Source: an uncultured bacterium
Lineage (GTDB): Bacteria; Chlamydiota; Chlamydiia; Chlamydiales; 2-12-FULL-49-11
Assembly: GCA_964350315.1 (NCBI GenBank)
Contig: CAYGJD010000007.1
Coordinates: 17,487 to 81,486, forward strand
Length of the DNA: 64,000 nucleotides
Reading direction: 5' to 3'
Shown: positions 26,514-35,352 of the stretch, piece after piece
Layout of the letters: each line of letters opens with the position of its first letter
How positions within the stretch are numbered: position 1 is the first letter of the stretch
Program-made: the position numbers and the translations under genes
Notes under the pieces: generated by a model
What the model was told of the DNA's origin: nothing
Databases searched by the model: none
Seen by the model: only the letters and a program-made list of their open reading frames with translations

Positions 26514-27913
26514 TTATTCCCACCACACCCATTCTGGCGGGTAAAGATGAGAGGCATCGCTATGTCTTCTGACTGGATTAAAATTCTTATCTAAATATTC
26601 ATCATGCTTGCCAGTTGAATTTGGATTTGGTCGATGATAGTGATCATGCGCCTCATGACCTGTATCTTTTGGATTTCCTTTATCTAATCTAATTTCTTCA
26701 CCTGTCTCTTTATTTTTGTACTTATGATGTCCATTTTTTTTTGCTTCTGGATGACTAACGTCCTCCCAATTTTTATCCTTCGTTGGATTTTTTGGAAGAG
26801 TAGGATCTACATCACCTTTTTTACTTCTTTCCATCGTATTGAGGTCAAAAGAAGAATCATCGTGAGTCTCTTTGTAATGTTTATAGCCTTTGTAGCCCCA
26901 ATATCCAATAGTAACACCAGCTGCTAACGCTGCTGCAGAGGGAGCCCAAATAGGCGCTGAGACGGCGGCTCCAGCTCCCCATGCTAAGCTTATAAGGGGC
27001 GCAGCTATGGCAAATTGTCCATCTGGATCGATAAAATTTGCAGGATCGCCCAAGCAATATAGATAAGGATCATCACTTTGCTGCATTGGATCAGGAGTTA
27101 GCCATTCTCTTAGTTCAGGAGAGTAATAGCGCTCTCCAAAGTAGACTAAATCTGCTTCTTTATCATAATATTTCCCTGAAAAGATCCAGGAAACAGGGGC
27201 GTTTTGATCAAGATCTACTCCGAATAAATCAGCTACAGCTAAAGGAATTTCCTTGCCCGTAGAAATGTCAATGAGTGCTGTGATTGTTCCTTGAAGATTT
27301 TGCACGGGTGCATAGATCGCATTTTGTGTTTCGATAGCCACAGGTCTTAAAATATCCTTATGTGCGGAAATTCCTGGAACCCGAAGCTCAATTACATTTC
27401 CTGTTTCATTAATGCGCGCAAGCTCATTAATGCCGTGATAAACATAGTATTCTGCTTGTCCATTAAGTGTTCTAGAAATTCATTTCCTGTTGAGTCGTAT
27501 TCATATTCAATGATGTCTTTTGGAGTAGTTACTCGAATTAAGCGATTTTGCTTATCATAGGCAAACATTTTATTCTCTAATCGAATGAGATTTCCTAAAG
27601 AATCATACTCTGTAGATAATTGTGTATTTCGTTCTTTGCGATCAGTTTGTTCATCTACGGAATCGAAGTTGTTGTGATAAAATCTTTCCCCTAATACATT
27701 CGTTAAGCATTCAGAAATAAGTTTTCCTTGTTCATCATAGTCATATGAACATGTATACATGATCTCATCTATTTTTGAGAGTCTCTCGATTTGATTAATC
27801 TGGACACCATCTGTGAAATAACGAACACACCCATGATCACATAATTTTAAAGTATGAACATCAGAGCTAAGGGATGCAATAAAACAGAAAAAAAGAGAAA
27901 GAAAAAATCTCAT
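26514..27913 (-). pseudogene. short Sec-signal RHS/YD-repeat polymorphic toxin, interrupted by a 1-nt frameshift
   Basis: N-part ORF 27392-27913: signal MRFFLSLFFCFIASLSS and YD repeats YDYDEQGKLISE, EYDSLGNLIRLENKMFAYDKQNRLIRV, EYEYDSTGNE. The frame of the C-part ORF (26514-27341) is open up to 27479 (ISRTLNGQAEYYVYHGINELARINETGNVIELRVPG...), so one indel near 27479-27481 splits the gene. The C-part has the RHS core end YFGERYYSPELREWLTPDPMQQSDDPYLYCLGDPANFIDPDGQF followed by the toxin tip. Confidence 0.7.
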
Positions 27914-27991
27914 AAAGCTCTCCCAATATGAATGGTGAGACTATAGGAGAAATAATTTTTTTGTAAAGTTAAATCCCGTGAATTAAGAAAG

Positions 27992-28834
27992 TTAATGATT
28001 CATTACAATAACGCCGCATATGCCTGTTATGGTGATGAGGGAAAAAATAAACATTTGACGTGCCCAGGCAACATCGTGGGTAGTTTTGAATCCTCTTATC
28101 CCAAGAACGAGCCAGACTAGGGCAAGGGTAGAGGAGATGGCAAGGTACCAATATCCTGCATAGCCGTAGTAAGTAAGCAGGGGAATTGTGAGGGCAAATG
28201 CAATGAGGTAGAGAAGCATGTGAATTTTTGTTGTGGGGATTCCTCTTGAAACAGGAAGAACAGGGATAGAGGCAGCTTCATAGTCATTTGCATGGCGAAT
28301 TGCGATGGCGTAAAAATGAGGCATTTGCCAAAGAACTAAAATAGCAAAAATTAATAAAGCTCCAAGGTCTAGACGGTTGCTTACTGCAACGTAGCCAACA
28401 ACTGGGGGGATTGCGCCAGAGATACTTCCGACAAGTGTTGCATATTTAGTGTGTTTTTTAAGGAGGCTATACATGCTGACATAAATGAAAAATCCTAAAA
28501 AGGCAGTTGCTGCTGCTAGGTAATTTGCAAAAAATGCTAGAATAGCAAGACCAATTAAGCCAAGCGCCAGTGCGAATAAAAGAGCGCTTCTTGAGGAGAT
28601 AACATCTCCGATTGTCGGGCGGTTTTTTGTTCTCTTCATTTGCTTGTCTGCGTGCCGGTCGATATAGTTATTACATACGCAAGCAGAAGCTATGACAAGA
28701 CCAAGGCCAACAAGAGTTTGTAGAAATAAAACAGGGTTAATTGTAGCAGTGCAAGCAAGTGCAAATCCAGCGATCATTGTAATTAAATTACCCATGATAA
28801 TACCTGGTTTTGTCAGCAAATAGTATGTCTTCAT
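27992..28834 (-). CDS. cyoE: protoheme IX farnesyltransferase (heme O synthase)
   Basis: MKTYYLLTKPGIIMGNLITMIAGF, NNYIDRHADKQMKRTKNRP and a polytopic profile; last gene of the cyo operon. Confidence 0.9.
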   Translation of the reverse strand: MKTYYLLTKPGIIMGNLITMIAGFALACTATINPVLFLQTLVGLGLVIASACVCNNYIDRHADKQMKRTKNRPTIGDVISSRSALLFALALGLIGLAILAFFANYLAAATAFLGFFIYVSMYSLLKKHTKYATLVGSISGAIPPVVGYVAVSNRLDLGALLIFAILVLWQMPHFYAIAIRHANDYEAASIPVLPVSRGIPTTKIHMLLYLIAFALTIPLLTYYGYAGYWYLAISSTLALVWLVLGIRGFKTTHDVAWARQMFIFSLITITGICGVIVMNH

Positions 28835-28844
28835 AGAATGTTCC

Positions 28845-29168
28845 TTACATTTTCATGTATGGCATGGTGCGCCAGTTGAGGGTAAACATGATCCATATGG
28901 TTCCACCAATAATGATTGTTAAAACAAGGAGCATGAATAAAAAGACAAGTAAGTTTCTTCTTGGTTTTTCTTCTTTTCCTAAGTAGAGAAAGAAGATGAG
29001 CTGTATAACGGTTTGGATGATTCCTAATCCTAATACAGTCAAGATTAGGGGCATTTTTGGCATAACTTTTAAGACAACACAGTAGTAGGCAGCAACAGTC
29101 AAACAAATTGAGCTGATAAATCCAAATAGGTATCCGGCAAGTCCGCTTTGATGTGTGTGTTCTTTCAT
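28845..29168 (-). CDS. cyoD: cytochrome bo3 ubiquinol oxidase subunit IV
   Basis: 107 aa with 3 TM segments, in the canonical position between cyoC and cyoE. Confidence 0.85.
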   Translation of the reverse strand: MKEHTHQSGLAGYLFGFISSICLTVAAYYCVVLKVMPKMPLILTVLGLGIIQTVIQLIFFLYLGKEEKPRRNLLVFLFMLLVLTIIIGGTIWIMFTLNWRTMPYMKM

Positions 29169-29759
29169 TTAAGCAAGCCCCATCATGTAAACAATTGTAA
29201 AAATAAAAACCCAAACAACATCTAAAAAGTGCCAAAATAATCGGAAACACATGAGTCGTTTGTGTATAACAGCAGGAAATCCGCGTTTTGATATTTGCTT
29301 GATCATTACAAGCATCCAAATAAGTCCAATAGAGACGTGGCATCCGTGTGTGCCAACGAGAGTGAAAAAGGAAGATAAGAAGGCGCTTTTTGACGGACCG
29401 TTCCCTTCTCGGATAAGGCTGACAAACTCATGAACTTCCATACAAACAAAAGAAAGACCAAGTAAAAAAGTGATTCCTAAGTAGGCAAGAACGGCGCTTT
29501 TTTTTGCTTTTTTACTCGCAAGGCCTGCAAGTCCACATGTGAAACTACTGATTAAAAGAGCAAAAGTCTCTGCAAGAACAAGTTGTGGATTAAAAAGTTG
29601 TTGTGAGGTTGGCCCTCCAAATGTCGAATTATGTAAAACAGCATAGGCAGCAAAGAAGGTTCCGAAGAGAACACAGTCGGTCATTAAGTAGACCCAAAAA
29701 CCAAAAATGGTTTTATCGTAATTTTCTTCTTCGTGATGTGCATGAACTTCTGGGGTCAT
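29169..29759 (-). CDS. cyoC: cytochrome bo3 ubiquinol oxidase subunit III
   Basis: 196 aa. FGFWVYLMTDCVLFGTFFAAY and WHFLDVVWVFIF are typical of subunit III. Confidence 0.9.
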   Translation of the reverse strand: MTPEVHAHHEEENYDKTIFGFWVYLMTDCVLFGTFFAAYAVLHNSTFGGPTSQQLFNPQLVLAETFALLISSFTCGLAGLASKKAKKSAVLAYLGITFLLGLSFVCMEVHEFVSLIREGNGPSKSAFLSSFFTLVGTHGCHVSIGLIWMLVMIKQISKRGFPAVIHKRLMCFRLFWHFLDVVWVFIFTIVYMMGLA

Positions 29760-31735
29760 TTCTTCTCTCTTCTTTTATCTTCGATTTCTTTTATTTCCTT
29801 AGCAGTGATTATATACTCTACGTCGTCATAGGAGAGGTGTTTGATGACGCAAAAAAGTATTGTTAAGAAGGTTGCAACGACAAGCCACCAGATTTGCCAA
29901 ACGACTGCAAATCCTAGAATAAAGACGAAAAATCCAATGATGAGTCCCATTGGACTATCTTTTGGCATGAGGATATCTTCATACTCCGCATGCTCAGCTA
30001 AGTCAACGCCATCTTCTTTTGCGTGCCAGTAAGCATCAGGCTTATCAACTTTAGGCATGAGCGCGAAATTATAAAGAGGTGGTGGTGATGGGATTGACCA
30101 TTCTAATGTTCTTCCATCCCAAGGATCGCCTGTTAGATCTTTGTTTTTCTCTCTGTGCTTATAGCTGTAGAAGACTTGGTATATTTGAAAAAAGACACCA
30201 AGAGTGATGATTAGTACTCCGACACCAGCGGTGATCAGTAGTGGTTGCCATCCATTTCCAGCTTCATATTGATTCAATCTTCTTGTCATCCCCATGAGGC
30301 CAAGTACGTATAGTGGCATAAAAGCAACAAGGAATCCAATGATCCATGACCAAAAAGCCCATTTACCAATTGTTTCGTTGAGTTTGAATCCTGTAAATTT
30401 AGGAAACCAATAACTTACGCCTGAGAAAAATCCGAAGACAACTCCACCGATAATAACGTTGTGGAAGTGAGCGACTAAAAAGAGGCTGTTGTGTGTTTGA
30501 AAATCTACTGGAGCAATCGATAATAAAACCCCAGACATACCGCCGAGGGTGAAAACAACAACAAATCCAATAAACCAAAGCATGGAGGTGTGTAATCTAA
30601 TGCGGCCGCGGAACATAGTGAAAAGCCAGTTGAAGATCTTCACCCCTGTTGGAACTGCAATGAGCATTGTCATAGCGCCAAAGAAGGCATTGACGTTTGG
30701 ACTTGCTCCCATTGTATAGAAGTGGTGGAGCCAAACAACAAATGAAAGGACGGTAATTGCCATGATAGCAAGAATCATTGAAAGGTAACCAAAAATGCGT
30801 TTTCTTGAAAAAGTTGCCACAACTTCTGAATAGATTCCAAATACAGGAAGAACAAGGATATATACTTCTGGATGACCCCAAGCCCAAATAAGGTTGACGT
30901 ACATCATTGGATTTCCGCCGCCTTCTGTTGTAAAAAAGTGCATATCAAGAACTCGATCAAGAGTTAAAAGGGCAAGAGTTCCTGTTAGAATTGGGAAGGC
31001 AAAAATGATAAGAATCATGCAAGCAAGCATTGCCCATATAAATATAGGTAGGCGCATGAAAGTCATACCAGGACAACGCATTTTGAAAATCGTTACAAAA
31101 AAGTTAACTCCAGCTAAGAGACTTCCAACCCCAGCGATTTGCACACTCCAAATCCAATAGTCGACACCAACCCCAGGGCTATATTTTAATCCTGAAAGTG
31201 GGGGGTAGGCAACCCAACCTGCTGTTGAAAATTCTCCGATTGGCAAAGAGACGTTTACAAGTAAAAATCCTGTGAAAAAAAGCCAAAAGCTAACTGCGTT
31301 TAAAAAAGGAAATGCAACATCTCTTGCACCGATTTGTAGTGGAATAATCAAGTTGGAAAGGGCAAATACAATTCCCATTCCCACAAAAAAGATCATTACA
31401 GTTCCATGAGCTGTAAAAACCTGCTGATAATGGTCTGCAGTTAAGTAACCTGAATTTTCGCCGACGGCAATTGCTTGTTGAGCACGCATCATGATTGCAT
31501 CGATGACACCTTTAACGAGCATCAAAAATGCAACAAAGAAGTACATTAAGCCGATTTTTTTAGGATCAAGAGTCGTAAGCCACTCTTTCCAAAGGTATCC
31601 CCAATACTTCTTATATGAGATAAAAGCGATCGCACCAATTGTCATAAGACCCATGATGGCACTTGCTCCCATGATAATGACATCATGTTGGAAAGCCTCT
31701 ATTGTCAATTTGCCAAATAGGTCACTGTACTTCAT
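29756..31735 (-). CDS. cyoB: cytochrome bo3 ubiquinol oxidase subunit I
   Basis: 659 aa. Heme-copper oxidase signatures FTAHGTVMIFF, WAWGHPEVYILVLP and VAHFHNVIIGG. Confidence 0.95.
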   Translation of the reverse strand: MKYSDLFGKLTIEAFQHDVIIMGASAIMGLMTIGAIAFISYKKYWGYLWKEWLTTLDPKKIGLMYFFVAFLMLVKGVIDAIMMRAQQAIAVGENSGYLTADHYQQVFTAHGTVMIFFVGMGIVFALSNLIIPLQIGARDVAFPFLNAVSFWLFFTGFLLVNVSLPIGEFSTAGWVAYPPLSGLKYSPGVGVDYWIWSVQIAGVGSLLAGVNFFVTIFKMRCPGMTFMRLPIFIWAMLACMILIIFAFPILTGTLALLTLDRVLDMHFFTTEGGGNPMMYVNLIWAWGHPEVYILVLPVFGIYSEVVATFSRKRIFGYLSMILAIMAITVLSFVVWLHHFYTMGASPNVNAFFGAMTMLIAVPTGVKIFNWLFTMFRGRIRLHTSMLWFIGFVVVFTLGGMSGVLLSIAPVDFQTHNSLFLVAHFHNVIIGGVVFGFFSGVSYWFPKFTGFKLNETIGKWAFWSWIIGFLVAFMPLYVLGLMGMTRRLNQYEAGNGWQPLLITAGVGVLIITLGVFFQIYQVFYSYKHREKNKDLTGDPWDGRTLEWSIPSPPPLYNFALMPKVDKPDAYWHAKEDGVDLAEHAEYEDILMPKDSPMGLIIGFFVFILGFAVVWQIWWLVVATFLTILFCVIKHLSYDDVEYIITAKEIKEIEDKRREKK

Positions 31736-32594
31736 GCGGCATTGAGTCCTTCGTTAAAATCCAATTAAACAATTTAGGGTTTTTAAGTGAGTAATATCGT
31801 ATAGGATTTTTTTGGCTAGGCTTTACAAGTTCAATGAACGTCTCTTTATCCAAAGTTCTTTTTACTCTTTGCATTTTCTTTATCCATTTGTCAAAGTCTT
31901 CTTGGCTAGTTGCTTGAGCATTAAACCTCATTCCTGCAAAGCCATCGCCACTTAAATTGGCAGATACACCTTTATAAGTTCCAATCTCATTGGCGATTAG
32001 ATTTAATTCAGTTCTCATTCCTGGCATAGCAAAGATTTGACCCCCTAATTCAGGGATCCAAAATGAGTTCATCGGCGCATCAGCTGTAATCTCAAAATGA
32101 ACGGGAACATCTTTAGGAAATCTAATGTAGTTGACAACAGCGAAGCCTTCATCTGGATAAATGAATAACCATTTCCACTGAAGGGCAACAACTTGAATTC
32201 TAATAGGCTTTTTATCGCTAACTAATGGTCTGTATTGATCCAACGTAAAACAAGTAATCCAGTTAACAGTCCCTAAAACAAGGATGATAATAAAGGGGAT
32301 GCCCCACCAAATTGTTTCAGCTAAAGCGCTATGTCCCCAATTTGGAGTATACTTAGATTTTTCATTTCCCTCGCGATATCGGATAACAATAAAATAAGTG
32401 AGGAGGAAGACGGGGATTACGACAATCAACATGACAAGAGTTGCAAATATAAGAAGATCACGTTGTTGAACTCCAATCCAACCTTTTGGATGAATGACAA
32501 CCATGTCTGTTCTCATAAAGAGTAAACAAGTGAAGACAAACAAGATCAACATCAAAATTGTATAAGCAGCGAGTTTTGTCTTTTTATTCATCAT
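31722..32594 (-). CDS. cyoA: cytochrome bo3 ubiquinol oxidase subunit II
   Basis: 290 aa with two N-terminal TM segments. FAMPGMRTELNLIANEIGTYKGVSANLSGDGFAGMRFNAQA is collinear with E. coli CyoA. Confidence 0.9.
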   Translation of the reverse strand: MMNKKTKLAAYTILMLILFVFTCLLFMRTDMVVIHPKGWIGVQQRDLLIFATLVMLIVVIPVFLLTYFIVIRYREGNEKSKYTPNWGHSALAETIWWGIPFIIILVLGTVNWITCFTLDQYRPLVSDKKPIRIQVVALQWKWLFIYPDEGFAVVNYIRFPKDVPVHFEITADAPMNSFWIPELGGQIFAMPGMRTELNLIANEIGTYKGVSANLSGDGFAGMRFNAQATSQEDFDKWIKKMQRVKRTLDKETFIELVKPSQKNPIRYYSLKNPKLFNWILTKDSMPHEVQ

Positions 32595-32805
32595 GAGCCT
32601 AGATTAATAATAGTTCTCACCCTATGAATTAATATTAAAAACGTCCACTCTTTTTTTGAATATTAAGTTTAGATATTCAAAATCACTCTCTTAGGTTTCA
32701 ATTAATAAATTTAATATTCTCTGTTGAAGGTAAATCACCGACAAATTGACAATGTTATTGAGGTTATGCTAAGATAAGACCCTTAAAAATAGGGAACATC
32801 GTATT

Positions 32806-33732
32806 ATGCAAACAACAATGGGGTCACAATCAACTTCTTATTTCACAGACATTCATGGCATTAAATTTTTTAACAGCCCCGCGGAATGTATTTCTCATTA
32901 TGATAGGAATGATTTATGTACCAAGATTGTAAGTTTTGCTAATGTTGTCTTTTCTATTATTACATTCACTTTCATTAAGATTTTTAGATTTGCAAAGGTA
33001 TTTATCTTTGGTGACCCTGAAATGAGGTCACTTGAAGTCGTAAATCCTCAAGTGGCTCAAAGAAAGCGACTTGTAGTCTGTTTACATGGGTTAAATCATT
33101 CTCCAGCACAATTTAAAGACATCTACAATGAAATGAAAAAAAGAGATCTTTCAGATACAACTGTCTTTGCACCTCGCATACTTTCGAGTGGTAATGCCCC
33201 ACTTGATGAAATGATTTCAGATATCATAGAGAAAATGCAACCATGGTTTGAGCAAAGAGAAAAAAATACAACAGAACTTGTTTTAATAGGGATTTCAAAT
33301 GGTGGAAGACTTATTCGAGCACTAGAAGCTCAGTTGATTAAGCTCGGACATTGTGAAAATATCCAAAAACTGCGGACAGTATCGATTGTTGGTGCAACCT
33401 ACGGCTCTGATACAGTTAATCTTGCAAATAGAATTGGATTGTCATCCATTCTCCCAAAACCTATCTCTGTGGAAATGCCGACAGATTCGCCGCGAAACGT
33501 GCAGCTGAAGAAAGATTGGGAAGATGCAATAGGAAATTCTACACATATAGATCGTGAATGTGTCTTTCTTGCTTCCCCACATGATCACTTAGTCCCTAAT
33601 ACATCATCTACTCTAGCAACAGTTGTTGCTGGGATAAAAGCGCGCTATGCAATCGCAATGGGGGAAAGCCATACAAGTGTAATTTTCTCTAGCGTTGTAT
33701 CAAGAGCTGTAGCGCAAATCGTTTTCGAATAA
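32806..33732 (+). CDS. membrane-anchored alpha/beta-hydrolase (putative serine esterase/lipase)
   Basis: N-terminal anchor CTKIVSFANVVFSIITFTFIKIF, then VVCLHGLNHSPAQF and the nucleophile-elbow-like LIGISNGGRL. Confidence 0.6.
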   Translation: MQTTMGSQSTSYFTDIHGIKFFNSPAECISHYDRNDLCTKIVSFANVVFSIITFTFIKIFRFAKVFIFGDPEMRSLEVVNPQVAQRKRLVVCLHGLNHSPAQFKDIYNEMKKRDLSDTTVFAPRILSSGNAPLDEMISDIIEKMQPWFEQREKNTTELVLIGISNGGRLIRALEAQLIKLGHCENIQKLRTVSIVGATYGSDTVNLANRIGLSSILPKPISVEMPTDSPRNVQLKKDWEDAIGNSTHIDRECVFLASPHDHLVPNTSSTLATVVAGIKARYAIAMGESHTSVIFSSVVSRAVAQIVFE

Positions 33733-33748
33733 AGCTCTACTATTTACT

Positions 33749-34648
33749 CTATTTGGGAGATAGGGATGCTTCTGGCAATCGGTAGAAGACAACTTTTGTG
33801 CCGTAGTTGACAGGAACCTGGTTAATCGGGTGTAGATGAACAAACTCATTGTTAATCCCTAACTTAGATAACACTCTTCCATCTGCTTGGTAAACGCCAA
33901 CATGCTGGGGGATTCCTGAATCATTTCGATATACTACAAGATCGTTTGCAGTTGGGGCATCAATTTGTTGGGCTTTTAGTCTTTTTTGCACGAAAGTTTC
34001 AATTCGATCAATTTCAGTGCCTTCTCCAGTTTTTTTAGCGCCAATTCGTTTTAATGCAAAATGTGAACAAGAGATGAAACCATCAGCCCCAATAAGATCT
34101 TCTGTCTTTGTCATTCGCATGTGTGTGGTATAGAGTTGGTTCATTATTCCTACAGCTACATCAGCCATCCAGCGATCTAATTTCTCTTTGGTGTCATCTA
34201 CGCTGAAATAAACACGCTTGCCTGGTTTGCTTGGGTCGGTCGGCATAATCACATTTGGAGGAAGAACTACAGTGCCGAATAGATGTGTCTCTATAGTTTC
34301 TCGGATCTTTTTAATTGTAGATATATATATCTTAATATCAATGGGCCCAAATCGTTCTAATTCCACTAGAGTTAATTTAGAGATTCCAATAATTTCTTTT
34401 ATGCATTCATCAAGTTCAGCTTTAGTGTTAATGGCAAAAACTGGAGAAAATGAATTTGGCAGCTTAACTATAGCCATTTTTTGAATATTATTGATAAATG
34501 GAGAGATTACAGTGCCAAACAAAGTAGTTAATACTTGAGCGCTAGGATCTGTAGTTGTAGATCGTGTGTCTAGAGGAAAAACGCCCCCATCTATCATATC
34601 TAAAAGACCGTTGTGAGATATTGCTGCTGGTGCTGCTGCTTCTGCCAT
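33749..34648 (-). CDS. hypothetical protein with an NlpC/P60-like (papain-fold) C-terminal region
   Basis: Start trimmed to MAEAAAPAAI (AGGAGA upstream). The C-terminal DGFISCSHFALK ... NDLVVYRNDSGIPQHVGVYQADGRVL follows the Cys...His order of NlpC/P60. Confidence 0.45.
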   Translation of the reverse strand: MAEAAAPAAISHNGLLDMIDGGVFPLDTRSTTTDPSAQVLTTLFGTVISPFINNIQKMAIVKLPNSFSPVFAINTKAELDECIKEIIGISKLTLVELERFGPIDIKIYISTIKKIRETIETHLFGTVVLPPNVIMPTDPSKPGKRVYFSVDDTKEKLDRWMADVAVGIMNQLYTTHMRMTKTEDLIGADGFISCSHFALKRIGAKKTGEGTEIDRIETFVQKRLKAQQIDAPTANDLVVYRNDSGIPQHVGVYQADGRVLSKLGINNEFVHLHPINQVPVNYGTKVVFYRLPEASLSPK

Positions 34649-34719
34649 TGTATTCTCCTTTGTTTTGAAAGTATTATGACATAGTAACATCTAATTGTCA
34701 ATTAAACGGAAAATCATAA

Positions 34720-35208
34720 TTACAGGATGTCTTTAAGTGCGCCATGCTCTTTAAATAATATTTTGTATTTTTGTTGAGTCTCAGCGGGGAAATTTTTGTC
34801 TTCTAAGATAATTTGCTCATAAATCTGATCTAGGAAAGAGGCTTTTCTTTGCCCGGAAAGAATAAACAATTCTGTGAGCTTAATGTCTTGCATTTGAACA
34901 GATTTTACAAAGGCATTTTCAAATTCGATCCAATAGTATTGTTTTGCAAGTGTATCAAAAATGTTGTTGAAGAAGTCAGGATCCTCTGTTTTAATTGCGC
35001 GAATATAGAAATTTTCCCAGTATTCATGATCACATTCACCGAGAAGATGAGTTTTTGTTTCAATCAGTGATGAAAAAAGATCAGAGTCTTTTGTTTCAAT
35101 TGCGAAATCAACTTGATGTTGAAACTCTTGCACAATTTCTTCTGGAGTTGCAGAGAAAAGTGAACAAGAAAGTAGTAGAGAACTGATTATAAGGATAAGT
35201 TTTTTCAT
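34720..35208 (-). CDS. secreted/lipoprotein-like hypothetical protein
   Basis: MKKLILIISSLLLSCSLFSA is a signal peptide with a possible lipobox Cys. No other motif seen. Confidence 0.45.
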   Translation of the reverse strand: MKKLILIISSLLLSCSLFSATPEEIVQEFQHQVDFAIETKDSDLFSSLIETKTHLLGECDHEYWENFYIRAIKTEDPDFFNNIFDTLAKQYYWIEFENAFVKSVQMQDIKLTELFILSGQRKASFLDQIYEQIILEDKNFPAETQQKYKILFKEHGALKDIL

Positions 35209-35352
35209 AAATGTTCCTAATTTGATTGGTAAGTGAATTGAATAGAGAATTTTAACATGATCTTAATGTCAAATCAAGGTCGTTTTTTTTAAAGAAAAAG
35301 GTGTAAAAAAAAGATGTGATTTGACATTAGAAGAATAACTTCGGGGGAATGT

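Noticed and set aside
27360-27560. 66-aa plus-strand ORF and the apparent gap between the two RHS ORFs
   Set aside because: The gap is explained by a 1-nt frameshift in a single minus-strand RHS gene. The plus-strand ORF is antisense noise.
28831-29343. 170-aa ORF on the minus strand overlapping cyoC/cyoD in another frame
   Set aside because: It lies entirely inside the region whose other frames encode clearly recognisable CyoC and CyoD. Its product is Cys/Leu-rich low-complexity sequence typical of an out-of-frame read-through.
32656-32680. Inverted repeat ttgaatat-N9-atattcaa in the divergent cyoA / 32806 promoter region (a possible operator, vaguely FNR/CRP-like half-sites)
   Set aside because: The spacing does not fit the TTGAT-N4-ATCAA FNR/CRP geometry, and an 8-bp AT-only palindrome is expected by chance in such AT-rich DNA. 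I did not call it as a feature.
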